Shown here: positions 1 through 13,039 of the stretch, piece by piece
Position numbering within the stretch: position 1 is the first letter of the stretch
Layout: the number at the start of each line of letters is the position of its first letter
Source of the DNA: Amoebidium appalachense
Lineage: Eukaryota > Protista > Ichthyosporea
DNA length: 64,000 nt
Direction: 5' to 3'
Assembly: GCA_963693365.1 (NCBI GenBank)
Contig: CAVNZM010000004.1
Coordinates: 14,072,524 to 14,136,523, forward strand
Position numbers and translations under genes: made by a program
The notes under the pieces: generated by a model
What the model saw: only the letters and a program-made list of their open reading frames with translations
Databases searched by the model: none
Told to the model about the DNA's origin: nothing

Positions 1-204
1 TCCTCCTCCAAGCTTTCCCCTCCGGAGGTTGGGCTGTGCCTACAATACTCTCTGTTAACGCTTCTTCTTCTTTTTTCGTTTGCCCCAATCTGCAAAATTG
101 GGTTGTGTTCTCAATGCTTAGTGTCTACTTCGTACTTGCTAATTGTTACCCCCTCTCCTCCACCCACCCACCCCTTGAAAGCACACCAGCTCACACACAC
201 ATAC

Positions 205-1197
205 CTGGGGTGGCTGCAGTCAGGGCCAACGCCACCAATGCCTCGTTGTGCAGCTGCACATGCCGTGACCCCAACAGGCGGGCTATGGTGTCAGTGCCGC
301 ACACAGACGACACATGCTCACATGCCTCTGTGTGTGTGCGTCAGTGTATGTCCGTGTGTGCGCACCCGTATGATTTGGTTTCTGCGGGTGTGTTTCGTGT
401 TTGTGCATGTGCGGGCACGCACGTTTGTGTGGCTGTTTGTGTGTATGCTTGTGTCTGTGCTCGTGTGCTCGTGTGTTGTGCACGCACAGCATATGCCAGT
501 GGGTGTAAGGCCTTTCTTTAGCTGTATGAATTTTGCAGTCCCCTCGCGCGCATGTGTGTATTCGTATGTTTGTGCCATTAGAGAAAGCGAGCTTGCATCG
601 GGTGTATTTGTCTGTGGCCATCAGACCAACCCATCAGCAAAAGGGTGTAAAGCTATTAGTGAGCCCATTAGTGCTACGTGCACACAGCAACATGTGTTGG
701 CCCCACGCACACAGGAACGTGCACATAAGGTCTTCTGGTGTGCTTACATGTGCACCCACCTGCACGACTGTGCATGCACGTGCAAGCTGTGGGCTCATGC
801 AGTAAGCATGGTGTGCCCTGCTGTCCGACACCGAAAGAACATGCAGCACCCGCATACATACCCCCTGTCGCCACGAAACCCAACCCCTCCAATGCACTCA
901 GATGGGCGCACACCCCACCACACACACGTCATTTGAACCCCCCCGGGCCACCCCCGTGCATGCACATGTCAGGCACCCACCTTTCCTCCTCGTGTGGCAC
1001 GACTTGACGATGGATGCAAATGTTCGTGCAGCCTCGGACCACACGGCCTCCTCATCGGACCTGCCTAATTTGGCAAGTAGCGCCATGGCCTCACTGTGAT
1101 TGGCTACCTGCATAGCAACGGTCTCTGTGCCCTCCGTTAGTGGCAGCCAACAGGACACAAGTGGCAGGAGTATGTACGTGCACAAGTATCTATCTCT

Positions 1198-1230
<33 letters not shown>

Positions 1231-3057
1231 CCTCCCCCCCCCCCCCCAAAAAAAAACCAACTTTACACACTTAGATCTTGTGCGCACGGTCATATCCTGT
1301 GTTTTCAGGCCAGGATTATGTGCCTAGGAGCTCCATTTCAGCCCTTCCGTAAAAGATTTTTGTGTCTGCACATGTGTAGCTGTGGAGCAGGGGGTGTAGA
1401 TCACAACACGCAACTGTGTGCAAACAAACACAAGAAGACGTTAAATAACAAACAACACACAAGCAGGACCAGCGAATGATGAGAAGCACACATTTTCTCG
1501 TCTCACCAGAAGCCCACACTGGACTCTCTGACAACCACCTGTCTATGTAGCCACCATCCGAGGCTCTGCATCCTCACAAACAAACTGCGGAGAGAGGGAT
1601 AGGTGCCTACCGTGATCTGCCGTGAGGCTGCGCATTATGCTTGCTAGCAGATACTGCACGGGGGGCTGGGGGCAGCCACCGGCCAGCACCACACCATCAA
1701 CTACCCCACTGGATGCTAGGTGCTCCCGGTAGCCCTCTGCATGTGTGGGTGAGTGGCGTGGTCTTGCCCTGCTCTTACGTGCATGCGGGGTGGTGTTGTT
1801 GCTATTCTGATGCATAAACTGTGTGTGCATAAGGTATAGTGGTGCATAAACTGTGTGTGCATAAGGTATAGTGGCCTTGCTATTCTTCTACACAAACTGT
1901 GTGTGCATAAGGTATAGTGGCCTTGCTATTCTTATGCATAAACTGTGCGTGTATGAGGTATTTTTATCCTGCCATGCTTACGGCCTACATGGGGTTGGGG
2001 TAGGCACATAGGTGAGCAGTAAGTTGGCGGCACAATGCGAGAAGCCAAACACAACTAAACAACACGTGCGATGGTGTCGGAACTCTGAAGCCCTCCAATT
2101 TCAGATCCCAAAATCACCCCGATCCGAGGGGTTGTCGCTCCCCATATAATTGAGATATTTCGGAAATAGACAAGTCAAAATGTCCGCCTTGGTGTCTACT
2201 TAAAATGCACCCGGCACTTGCCCGGTGGCACCACAGGAACATTTTGAAAATCTGGTTTGAAAATTTAGATTTTTACTAATTGATCCTAAATTGGGGCTTT
2301 TTTTTTTTTTTGGAAAACAATGAGGGGGGGGGGTGCTAAAACAACAATAAGGTGTTCTACGTGCTCAGCGCAGTCGACTTCTCCGTAAACCCTTTTACAA
2401 AATTTCAAAGTTCGAAAAAATCAATGAAATATTTGTGAACACATAAAGAACCCCCCCTAGGGGGTCAAATTCCAGACCCATATATATCCAAATACTATCT
2501 ATATCTATATCTATATATGGTATATCAAGCATATCTCTAGGCTAGTTTGATGACGTCATTGGTTGTGGTCGGGGGGTCAAATTGGCGCTTTTTGGGTTCT
2601 CTGCGCCATTCGACAGATCTCTATGAAGCCGTTCGAGCTTTCCAAGAAATTTTGAAATCGACCGACGAGAAGTATTTTTTTTTTTTCTTTTTTCTTTTTT
2701 TGGAGTGCTACAGACTACTACCGGCACCATTCCTACATCCCCCCCCCCCCCCCCCTCCCCCCTCTCCCCCACGTGTGTTCCCAATTGATCAGGTCTCAAA
2801 AAGTATTCCTACGCCGTCACACAGATACACATACACCCTACCAACCACGTTAGCCACACACCTTATTCCAACAACCCCAACTCTGCCACTTTGAAATTTC
2901 ACTGCCCACACTGGCAACACCAGAGGAACAGGCAAAGTGTAGCAGGGGCCGATCAGGGATGGGTGCGGATTCTGATTCATGTCATGATCATCATCTTCTT
3001 CGCTTCAAAAACATTTTTTTCTTCTTCTTTTTTTGTACGGTGCGCGCGCGTGTGTGT

Positions 3058-3114
<57 letters not shown>

Positions 3115-5646
3115 GGTATAGACAGAGTGGCAGTCGGGAAGACTAACAATATGAAGGAAATAAGTAGGAAGGCGGACCAAAGGGCATACATGAGCCAAGT
3201 CAGACACAGGTGTGAGGGGAGGGGAGGGGAGGGGGGAAAAGGGTAGGGTTTTCTAGGGCCCCGGGGGAGTTGGGGGGGAGGGGGGGGGGGGGACGGGAGA
3301 AGGGGGGGGGGGGGGGGGGGGGGGGTTGTTGGTTGGTAACACACTTGCTATGGCCATATTCTTAAGGGCACCAAGGGCTGCATGCAGCTCTCTGATGTTG
3401 TCTGTCTGTAAGAGGCCCACAAGGAGAGGTACGGCACCACCACTAACAAGCTGACCCACACGCTCATCTTGTGTGTGTGTGTGTGTGTGTGTGTGCATAG
3501 TGTTAGACCAAGCAAATGAGAGCTACAAGGCTGTACAAGCATAGTGTTAGACCAAGCAAATGAGAGCTACAAGGCTGGACAAGCATAGTGTTAGACCAAG
3601 CAAATGAGAGCTACAAGGCTGGACAAGCATAGTGTTAGACCAAGCAAATGAGAGCTACAAGGCTGGACAAGCATAGTGTTAGACCAAGCAAATGAGAGCT
3701 ACAAGGCTGGACAAGCATAGTGTTAGACCAAGCAAATGAGAGCTACAAGGCTGGACAAGCATAGTGTTAGACCAAGCAAATGAGAGCTACAAGGCTGTAC
3801 AAGCATAGTGTTAGACCAAGCAAATGAGAGCTACAAGGCTGTACAAGCATAGTGTTAGACCAAGCAAATGAGAGCTACAGGGCTGTACAAGCATAGTGTT
3901 AGACCAAGCAAATGAGAGCTACAAGGCTGTACAAGCATAGTGTTAGACCAAGCAAATGAGAGCTACAAGGCTGTACAAGCATAGTGTTAGACCAAGCAAA
4001 TGAGAGCTACAAGGCTGGACAAGCATAGTGTTAGACCAAGCAAATGAGAGCTACAAGGCTGTACAAGCATAGTGTTAGACCAAGCAAATGAGAGCTACAA
4101 GGCTGTACAAGCATAGTGTTAGACCAAGCAAATGAGAGCTACAAGGCTGGACAAGCATAATGTTAGACCAAGCAAATGAGAGCTACAAGGCTGTACAAGC
4201 ATAGTGTTAGACCAAGCAAATGAGAGCTACAAGGCTGGACAAGCATAGTGTTAGACCAAGCAAATGAGAGCTACAAGGCTGTACAAGCATAGTGTTAGAC
4301 CAAGCAAATGAGAGCTACAAGGCTGTACAAGCATAGTGTTAGACCAAGCAAATGAGAGCTACAAGGCTGGACAAGCATAGTGTTAGACCAAGCAAATGAG
4401 AGCTACAAGGCTGTACAAGCATAGTGTTAGACCAAGCAAATGAGAGCTACAAGGCTGTACAAGCATAGTGTTAGACCAAGCAAATGAGAGCTACAAGGCT
4501 GGACAAGCATAATGTTAGACCAAGCAAATGAGAGCTACAAGGCTGTACAAGCATAGTGTTAGACCAAGCAAATGAGAGCTACAAGGCTGGACAAGCATAG
4601 TGTTAGACCAAGCAAATGAGAGCTACAAGGCTGTACAAGCATAGTGTTAGACCAAGCAAATGAGAGCTACAGGGCTGGACAAGCATAGTGTTAGACCAAG
4701 CAAATGAGAGCTACAAGGCTGTACAAGCATAGTGTTAGACCAAGCAAATGAGAGCTACAAGGCTGTACAAGCATAGTGTTAGACCAAGCAAATGAGAGCT
4801 ACAAGGCTGTACAAGCATAGTGTTAGACCAAGCAAATGAGAGCTACAAGGCTGGACAAGCATAGTGTTAGACCAAGCAAATGAGAGCTACAAGGCTGTAC
4901 AAGAATAGTGTTAGACCAAGCAAATGAGAGCTACAGGGCTGGCCAAGCCACTCTCCACCTAGGCCGTCAGGGGTGGTTGGGGACCATGCAGATTGCTGTA
5001 TCTGTCTGCCTGTGGCAATATGCACTGGCCATTCCACCATGCATCCTACAGGGTACACGTGCTGCATGCCTTGCCCATCTGCATTCACGCATATCTCTCT
5101 CTCTCTCTCTCACCCCACGCCCCACGCCCCACCCCCCCTTCCCCTCCCCTCTTGCCCTGGTGTGTAGGTGTTTCTCTCTCCCTCTCTTTTGTTGTGGTTT
5201 TTTTGGGGGGGGGGGGGTGAGGGGGCGAGAATGCCAGCTAGTATTATGCATACCTGATCTTGCAATGTTGCCCATAGCCAGGGCGCCAGCCATTCTTATG
5301 AGGGGCTCCTCGGAGCCAATCCACTGTGCCAGCGCACTGAGAAGGGGGGTGAGACCGGTGGCTGCCTCATTGTTGAGACACTCGTCTGTGTATGTGTGTG
5401 TGTGTGGGGAGGGGGGGGGGGGGGGGGGGGGGGGGGTGAGGGCGGAAGGGGGAGGGGGGAGGGGGTGGGGTGGAGGAGGTGGTGGGGGGATTGGGGGGGA
5501 GAATTGGGGCCCAAAGATGATACAATGTATACTGGGCAGGCTGCATGAAAAATGGCCGAGTAGTGGGGGATGGAAGGAGTGATGCTACGGAATCGAATAC
5601 GAACATGGTGTGTAGTGATGTGATGGGTGTGTGTGCATGCCCACGT

Positions 5647-5677
<31 letters not shown>

Positions 5678-6427
5678 GGGGGGGGAGGGGGGAGGGGGGG
5701 GAGTCTGTACGTAGGTGTCTATGTGTGCGTGAGTGCATATATGTGTGTGCGTGCGCGTGGTTTTGTATGGAGGCAGGTGCAGGGTTCACCGTAACACATG
5801 GTCGTTGTGGGCATCACAAAACACTACGCAACAGACGGGAAGAGTGGGATAAAAAAAATCGCGGACTTTCTCGTAAGCACATTACCACCAGACCATGGCA
5901 AAACAGGTTCTCTTTCCATTCATCTAAGTGTCTTTTGGTGTTATGTTGTTAAGTATTTGTACCGTTGCTGAGGATGAGGGAGACCATCTTAGCTGCACAC
6001 TGGCGGTACTGCTGGCTGGGCCCATGGCTGGCATCGGCTATGAGGCCTGCCAGCCCAATGCTTTGATGTAGCTGCAGTTGCGCACTGCCTGGGGGGAGTC
6101 GGGTGAGTGGGTGGGGGAAGTTGGGGGAGTAAATGGGGGTAGTTGGGGGAGTAAATGGGGGTAGTTGGGGGAGTAAATGGGGGTAGTTGGGGGAGTAAAT
6201 GGGGGTAGTTGGGGGAGTAAATGGGGGTAGTTGGGGGAGTAAATGGGGGTAGTTGGGGGAGTGTTTGTGGGTAGTTGGGTGGGTGCATGGGGGTGAACGT
6301 GTTGGTGCTTGGAAGTGAACATGAGACAACAGAAGGAAGGAACAAGAAAACATAGTAGGTAGCTGTCGGTTTAAAAAGGGTAAATGTTGAACAGCCAAGA
6401 CGAGAGGAGGAAGGAGAGGGGTGGTGT

Positions 6428-6477
<50 letters not shown>

Positions 6478-7233
6478 GGGGGGGGGGGGGGGGGGGGGGT
6501 ATAGTGGTAGGGATTCGGAGCCACTGGCAGACCGGGGTGGGTGGAGAAGAGGGAATGGGCAGGGGTCAGGGATGGGAAAAGGGGATTATGCAAGGACGTA
6601 AAAAGGAAGGAGGAGGAGAACGAGGGGGGGAGCGGTGGAGGGGAGGGGCTGAAGAAACAGGGAGGGAGAGACTGGTGGTGGTGGTGTGTGGGGGGGGGGG
6701 GGGGGGGGGGAGGGGGGGGGAGGGGTGGGCTATAACTCTGTGTGTCGACTAGGGTGGAGAGCAGGTCGATGGCTACCTCGGACATATCCCCATCCTCGCT
6801 CTTGGCTAGTGACAGTAGAGAGGGCACGGCACCACCCGTGACCATGGCTTGCTGCCCGGCATCTGCGCGTGGGGGTTGGTTTCTGCTCGTGCCTTTCCCT
6901 CCCTGCGCCCCTCCCCTTCCTCCCCCCCCCCCCCCCCCCCCCCCCGCCCCTCCCCCTCTCCCCGGGCACCCCCTTCCCCCCTCTTCTTCTTCTTACATCC
7001 GCCAGACAGCTCTTACAATGCCCACACCCCCTGATTCAAGCCCTGTGGCCATTCATACTTAACAAGCCACCTACGCAAAACCCACATCTGCCCATCCACA
7101 CCTACATGAATACACTTATCCAGTCCTCCCCCCCCCCCCCCCCTCGCGATCTCCCCCGGAGAATCATGCGCACGCACGCACGCGCGCGCGCGCACACACA
7201 CACACACACACGCGCGCGCGCACACACACACGA

Positions 7234-7293
<60 letters not shown>

Positions 7294-8082
7294 ACACGCA
7301 CACACACACGCACATGCGAACACACACACCCACACACAGTGAGACACACATGCACACACCAACACCAACTCCTCCTCCCCTTCCCCCATCTAAAAATCCC
7401 CCCCCCCCCCCCCTCCCTGCCTCACCCCTACACCCAGATCCCAGACCCCCCCCACCCACCCACCCACCCAACCACTCACCCCCCTCCCCCCCCACACACA
7501 CACACCCACACACACCACACACACCCACTCAACTACCCCCCCCCCCTCCCCCCGCCACCCACCCACCCGCCCGCCCACCCACCCACCCACCCGTCAACCC
7601 CTCCCCTCCCCCCTCCCCCCGCCCCCACCCACCCACCCACCCACACCCATCAAGCCCCCCCCCTCTCCCCCTTCCTTTCCCCCCATCCGCCTACCCGTGT
7701 CTCTGAGTGCGTTGAGTGCCTTTGCAGCCATCAATGCCACATTCTGATTGGATGCCTGCATCAGTGCCACCAGTGGACCCACCACACCACAGGTGATGGC
7801 CTCATGTTGCAGCCCCTCTGAAGAAAAAAGAGTAAGTGGGTGGACCCACAGGTGGGGGGGTGGGGGAGAGGGGGGAAGATGCGGAGTGGGGGAGGAGGAG
7901 AGGTGGGGGACAGATGGGGAGAAAGGAAAGGACATAGAGAGAAAAATTAGGCAAGGTCATGTAGGATTCTGAGAAGCGATACATTCAAGACAAGTAACAA
8001 TCGAACAAGAAATTAAATAAGCAAAGGACACCAGAAGACGGGCTCAAGAGTTGAACAAATCTCGAAACCTCCCACCCCCTCC

Positions 8083-8135
<53 letters not shown>

Positions 8136-8762
8136 TTTACACATACTCGCTCACACAACAACGCTCGCTCACACACGCTCAGATGCACACACACGCCCGC
8201 ACACACGCACACAAACAGGCAACCTTTTTCACCTTTATGCTGCTGCATGCCTAAGACCCCCTCCCCCCTCTCCCCTCCCCCCCCCCCCCCCCACCCCCCA
8301 CCCGGGGACACACATGCACACACCCAGGTGGCCACCACGTAAAGCTGCACACCAGCCACCCACTGAGTTGTAAAGCAAACCATGCAATGAACACCCAGCT
8401 GCCTTGGAATGCATGAGACGGAACAGACCACCTCCTGCCTGCAACATACGCTGCAGCAAAATCAACCCCACCATGCAGTATCAAATCAACGTGGACGACC
8501 TCCTCCCCCCCCCTCCCCCCTCCCCCCGGCCCCCCCCCTCCCCCCCCCCCCTCCCCATCCCAACCCCCCCCCCCCCCCCCAAAAAAAAAAAAGAAAAAAA
8601 AAAGAAAAGAAAGAAAAGAAAAGCGAAGAGAAATTTCCCCCCAACCAGTCTGCCTCGCACACCCTCAACCCCACAACGCCGCACACGCCACCATGGTTTG
8701 GTCCCCCCCCCCCACCCCACCCCCCCACCCATTCCCTCCCTCCCGCCCCCACCACACACATC

Positions 8763-8809
<47 letters not shown>

Positions 8810-11277
8810 ATCACCCACGAACCCACACACTGACAACCTTTTCCACATCCGACCACACCCACTCACACCTACAACCGCAATCAACCCCACCCCCCCCCCC
8901 CCCCCCTTCCCCCTGTGCCCGCCCGCCCGCCGGTCTCTTGCCCATCCACCCACCCACCATTATCATTAACCATATTTAGGACGGTCCCAGCAGCCACCCT
9001 CCCCACCAGCTCTGATGGGGGCTGCTGATTGGCTGCTGCCGAAACAAATTTCACCACCGAGCAGACCCCCCCACATTGCTGCAGCACAGACCGGTGTGGG
9101 TCTGCGGCGGAAAAACCCCAAGAAGTTAGGATCGTGGCTTCTGACTACTGAATGTCTTTTCTTGTAACTCTCCCTTCGTTCTTTATAGCTCTTTGGCATT
9201 TCTGAATCGTTTTTGTTTCATTTTATATCATGCACTTATTTCTTTTGCCTGCATCGCGCGTGCGTATTTGTGTGTGTTTGTGTGCGTGTATTGTACTCGC
9301 AGCGTGTGCACTGCCGGTGCGTGCTCATGAGTGTGTGTGTGTGTGCTATTGTGTGATGTGTGTTGTGTATGTGTGCGTTGTCTGTGTGTGTTTGTGTGCG
9401 TGTGTGTGTGTGTGCGTTCATGGGTGTGTACATACGTGTGAGTGTGTGAGCGCGAGTATGTGTGTGTCACTGTAAATACACCAAGCAACCGCTAGAAGGC
9501 AATCATCCATTAGTATGCAGTCCTGAGTTGGACCTAATTTCTTACGACGCTCCGGCCAGTCATGTGCTGGTCAAATGACTCATCGGTCGAGTCTGGCCCG
9601 ATTTGAACCCAAAAAGTGTCCTCTCTAATGACCCTCGATGTACTTATATATATATGACCTACCCTTTAACCCATACTCAACCCCCCTATGCCCCCAAACC
9701 CACATACATACATAGACACAGCGTCTGGCCAAGTGCTGGATGTTCCATTAAAAAAAATGCCACAAAGCCGCGAAACGCGAATATAAAAAGACGGAGCTCG
9801 AAAGGGAAGGAAGAGGGGGGATGGGGGGGGTCACCGACCACTATCGTAGCAGCAGTTTGCTATTGCCCTCATGGCACACAAAGACACGTCCGTGATGCCC
9901 CCCTCCCTCTCCACTAGCGACGCAAGGGGGGCAGGCAGTGGCAGTCCACAAGTTTGGCCCGGCACTCCTCTGTGGCAGTTTGATCAGTCATAATTCTATG
10001 CTTGGCTGTGCGTGGGGTTTGATTTCTTGTTGTGTGTGAATATGGATCTCTCTCTCTGTGGCCAGTACCTCACAAACCGTTAAAATTCTTAATCACAGAC
10101 AAGCGAAAGGAAAGGAGGAGGGGGGGGAGGGGGCGTGGTGGTGGTGGTGGTGGTGGTGGTGGGGGGGGGGGGGGGGGGGGGGGGGGAAGGGGGGAGGGGA
10201 GGGGTGTGGAAACAGACCACTACCATCCCGGCCCAGCATAACCATCTGGCCCATAAAAGTACCACACACCCGCTTTTACCCATCTCAAGAACCAACACCA
10301 TCATAGATCCTCCCCTTACAGGCACCAACCCACCATTCTTTGCCAACTCTGCTGCCGCCGCTGCAGCAGCCTCAACCACCCCCCCACTTGAAGAGGATAG
10401 GTGGTGGGAAAGGAGGGGACCAAGGCCCAGGGCAAAAAGGGCAGGGCCGTGGTCCTCTGTGAAAGACACAAGAGGGTAAGGGCATGAAAGATGTTGAAGG
10501 TGTGCATGGATGTATGGTTTTAATGTTCGTCATGATGTTCTCTGCATAGTTTATACCGGTAAACGTACAAAATATCCCATTAAATAACCATCCGCCCGCA
10601 AATGCATACATGTTGCACAGTTGTTTGTTTTTTTCGCCTCAGCGAAGGTAGCTTCGGTACCAACACCAGAAGGGACACCACTGAAAAGATGCGCGACAGA
10701 TTGACTAAAACCGACCTACCTACTTGACAGATAACAGTTTTATTTTCACAAAAGATCCACGTTGTGGATCCTGTGCATCTGTACAAAGAGGAGTGCTATC
10801 CACCGTGGCCGAAGATGTACTGATGTTGGCAGCCTTATCTTCCAAATAAAAGGTTTCTTCAACCCAACTCCCCTTCATCCTAAGCTTGATCTACATCCCT
10901 TCATTCCCAACCTCCTGGTTTTTTTCGACCCTGCGTCCCTCGCCTTAGTTCTCAGTTCTCCACCAACCCGCTCATGAAGACTCCCTTCCTCCCCCCTCTC
11001 TCTCTCTCCCCCCCCCCCCCCCCCCCCAACCTCTCCTCCCCCCTCCCTCCCTCCCCCCCCCCTCTTCCCGCCAACTAACACCAAACACGCACACATATCT
11101 CCTTCCCCACGCCCCTCCTCCACCCCCTGACCAATTCTCCTGCCCTAACCTCCTCTAAGATCGGCACCCACCATCTTCAGCCACAAGTGCTGTTATCTCT
11201 TTCAGAGCTGCCAACGCCTGCTCCCCCTCGGCTCCCAATCTCTGCATCAGGTCTGTGTGTGTGTCTGCCATCCTCAT
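205..11277 (-). CDS. RAP1GDS1: SmgGDS / Rap1 GTPase-GDP dissociation stimulator 1-like armadillo-repeat protein (3' end not resolved; probably continues past position 1)
   Basis: Spliced exons (-): 11277-11172, 10456-10334, 9101-8958, 7817-7695, 6862-6737, 6088-5963, 5385-5254, 3467-3345, 1736-1611, 1124-981, 327-205. All are GT-AG, phase 1 and join in frame. Motifs [40 protein letters not shown] and [14 protein letters not shown] match SmgGDS segments recalled from memory ([54 protein letters not shown]). Confidence 0.88.
1810..1958. repeat. Short degenerate intronic tandem repeat (about 4 copies, 30-45 bp)
   Basis: Repeated core gcataaactgtgtgtgcataaggtatagtgg, with optional ccttgctattct. 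Confidence 0.8.
3496..4944. repeat. 44-bp minisatellite, about 33 copies, in an SmgGDS intron
   Basis: Unit catagtgttagaccaagcaaatgagagctacaaggctg[t/g]acaag. Copies are near-identical with no spacers. Confidence 0.97.
6118..6261. repeat. 22-bp G-rich minisatellite, about 6.5 copies (G-quadruplex-prone)
   Basis: Unit agttgggggagtaaatgggggt, lying just upstream (transcript sense) of the acceptor at 6089. Confidence 0.92.
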
Positions 11278-11743
11278 GCTTGTCTGTGCCTTGCAGCACC
11301 TTGCAACGACGAAAAATCACAGGGGATTAGGTAAAAAGCCTCGCTATGGTTCAACAACAAGGAAATAATGTATTCCTATGGACGATATCTCACACAGCTA
11401 CTTTATCCTCACACTCTCCTGTGTTCTATGAGCGCACCACACACACAGGGTAGCAGAGTAACGATTTGGTGGCCCTGCTTGTGTGCAGGCACAGATATTA
11501 CAAATTTTCCCGCCAAAAAAATACCCGAAAGTTTACAGCTTTCGGTTTGGGTCAATCTGAACACCCCCTACAATTGAGAAATTCCGTATGGTATTTTACG
11601 ATTCGAGCCATGATTCGAATCGGTGGAAGGTGGGTTATGAATCGTGACGTCAGTGCACTCGTGTATCGGCTCAGTCACAGTCACAGAAAGTAGCCGCGTA
11701 CTTGCACTTTCACCCCTCACCCGTTTACGGAGATTTCTTTAAA
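11278..11743. promoter_or_regulatory. Bidirectional promoter between the SmgGDS-like gene and MetAP1, with E2F and CRE sites
   Basis: 466 bp between divergent ATGs (11277 -, 11744 +), free of simple repeats. TTTTCCCGCCAAAA at 11505-11518 (E2F consensus) and TGACGTCA at 11645-11652 (CRE/ATF). Confidence 0.7.
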
Positions 11744-11952
11744 ATGTCGCACCTTTGTGAGGGGGCCAACTGTGGCAAGCCTGCCGCGCTGCAGTGCCCC
11801 ACGTGCTTAAAGTCACCCGAGATACCCCCTTCTTACTTCTGCGGGCAGGAGTGCTTTAAGGCCAACTGGGCCACCCACAAGGCCAAGCACAGACCCACAC
11901 CCTCGGGCAAATACGACCCCTTTCCCAAGTACCCATATACAGGTAGACCTCA

Positions 11953-11999
<47 letters not shown>

Positions 12000-12345
12000 A
12001 CACACACACATACCCTCGCCCCCCTCTCCCCCCCCTTCCCCCCTCGCCCTTTCCCCCTCCGCCCCCGCTCCTCTTCGATCCCTGCCGCTTGCGCTCCTTT
12101 TGACTATCCTAGGACTCAGTACACAGGGTGTTTTTTTTTTAAGGAATTGGGGACTAGGCAACCTCTCTTCCTCGTCGCACGACAGCTGGAAGCTTAGGCA
12201 CGTGGTCTGGGCACCTAACTCTTTCCGACACATCTGGACGCGCGCGCACACAAACACGTACAAACACGCACACGAACCCCCCCCCCACACACACACACAT
12301 GTTGCCACACAACACACACACCGACACCCACACACCTGTCCGCGT

Positions 12346-12393
<48 letters not shown>

Positions 12394-12640
12394 CGCGCGC
12401 GCGTACGCACATGCGCACACACAAACACACCCACGTGCAGGTATACATGCTTACATGTACCTGCGCACGCACACACACTTGCACACACTTATTCACACAC
12501 ATACACACAAGCATTCGTTTGGTATGTTGCTTCTCTGGCAACCTCTTTTCACCATGCAGTTGTGAAACTTCTTAGCACTCTTAAACTGAACCTGCAGTGC
12601 TCTAACTTAAATTCTCATGCTTTTTTCATAAATATATCTC

Positions 12641-12673
<33 letters not shown>

Positions 12674-12727
12674 CCCCCCCCCCCCCCCCCCCCCTCTCTC
12701 TCTCTCTCTCCCCGCCCCCCCCCTCTC

Positions 12728-12758
<31 letters not shown>

Positions 12759-12955
12759 CCCCCTAAACTCTAACCCTGTCTCTCTCTCCCTCTCGGGCCC
12801 CCCTCTCCCCCACCCTCTGTCTCTCTCTTCCTCTCTCTCTCTCTCTCCCCCCCCCCCCCCCGTTCCCCCTCCTTTTTTTCCCTTTTCTTCTGTTTTCTTT
12901 TCTTTTTTTGAGGGGGGGGGGTTGGCTGTATATGCTTCCTCTTCTTCCTCTCTCT

Positions 12956-13039
<84 letters not shown>

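Noticed and set aside
620-672. Possible small exon [15 protein letters not shown]
   Set aside because: There is no phase-compatible donor, and the 981->327 junction accounts for the expected sequence.
1316-1600. Possible extra SmgGDS exon ([13 protein letters not shown]...)
   Set aside because: The 1611->1124 junction already gives a continuous SmgGDS-like alignment, and nearby acceptors lead to stops.
2547-2700. Short complex ORF antisense within an SmgGDS intron
   Set aside because: No recognisable motif, and it runs into poly-T/poly-C. It is more likely part of a decayed repeat at about 2080-2720.
3496-4944. CRISPR-like appearance of the 44-bp array (also the 31-bp and 97-bp arrays)
   Set aside because: Units are contiguous with no unique spacers, no cas genes are present, and the context is a spliceosomal eukaryote.
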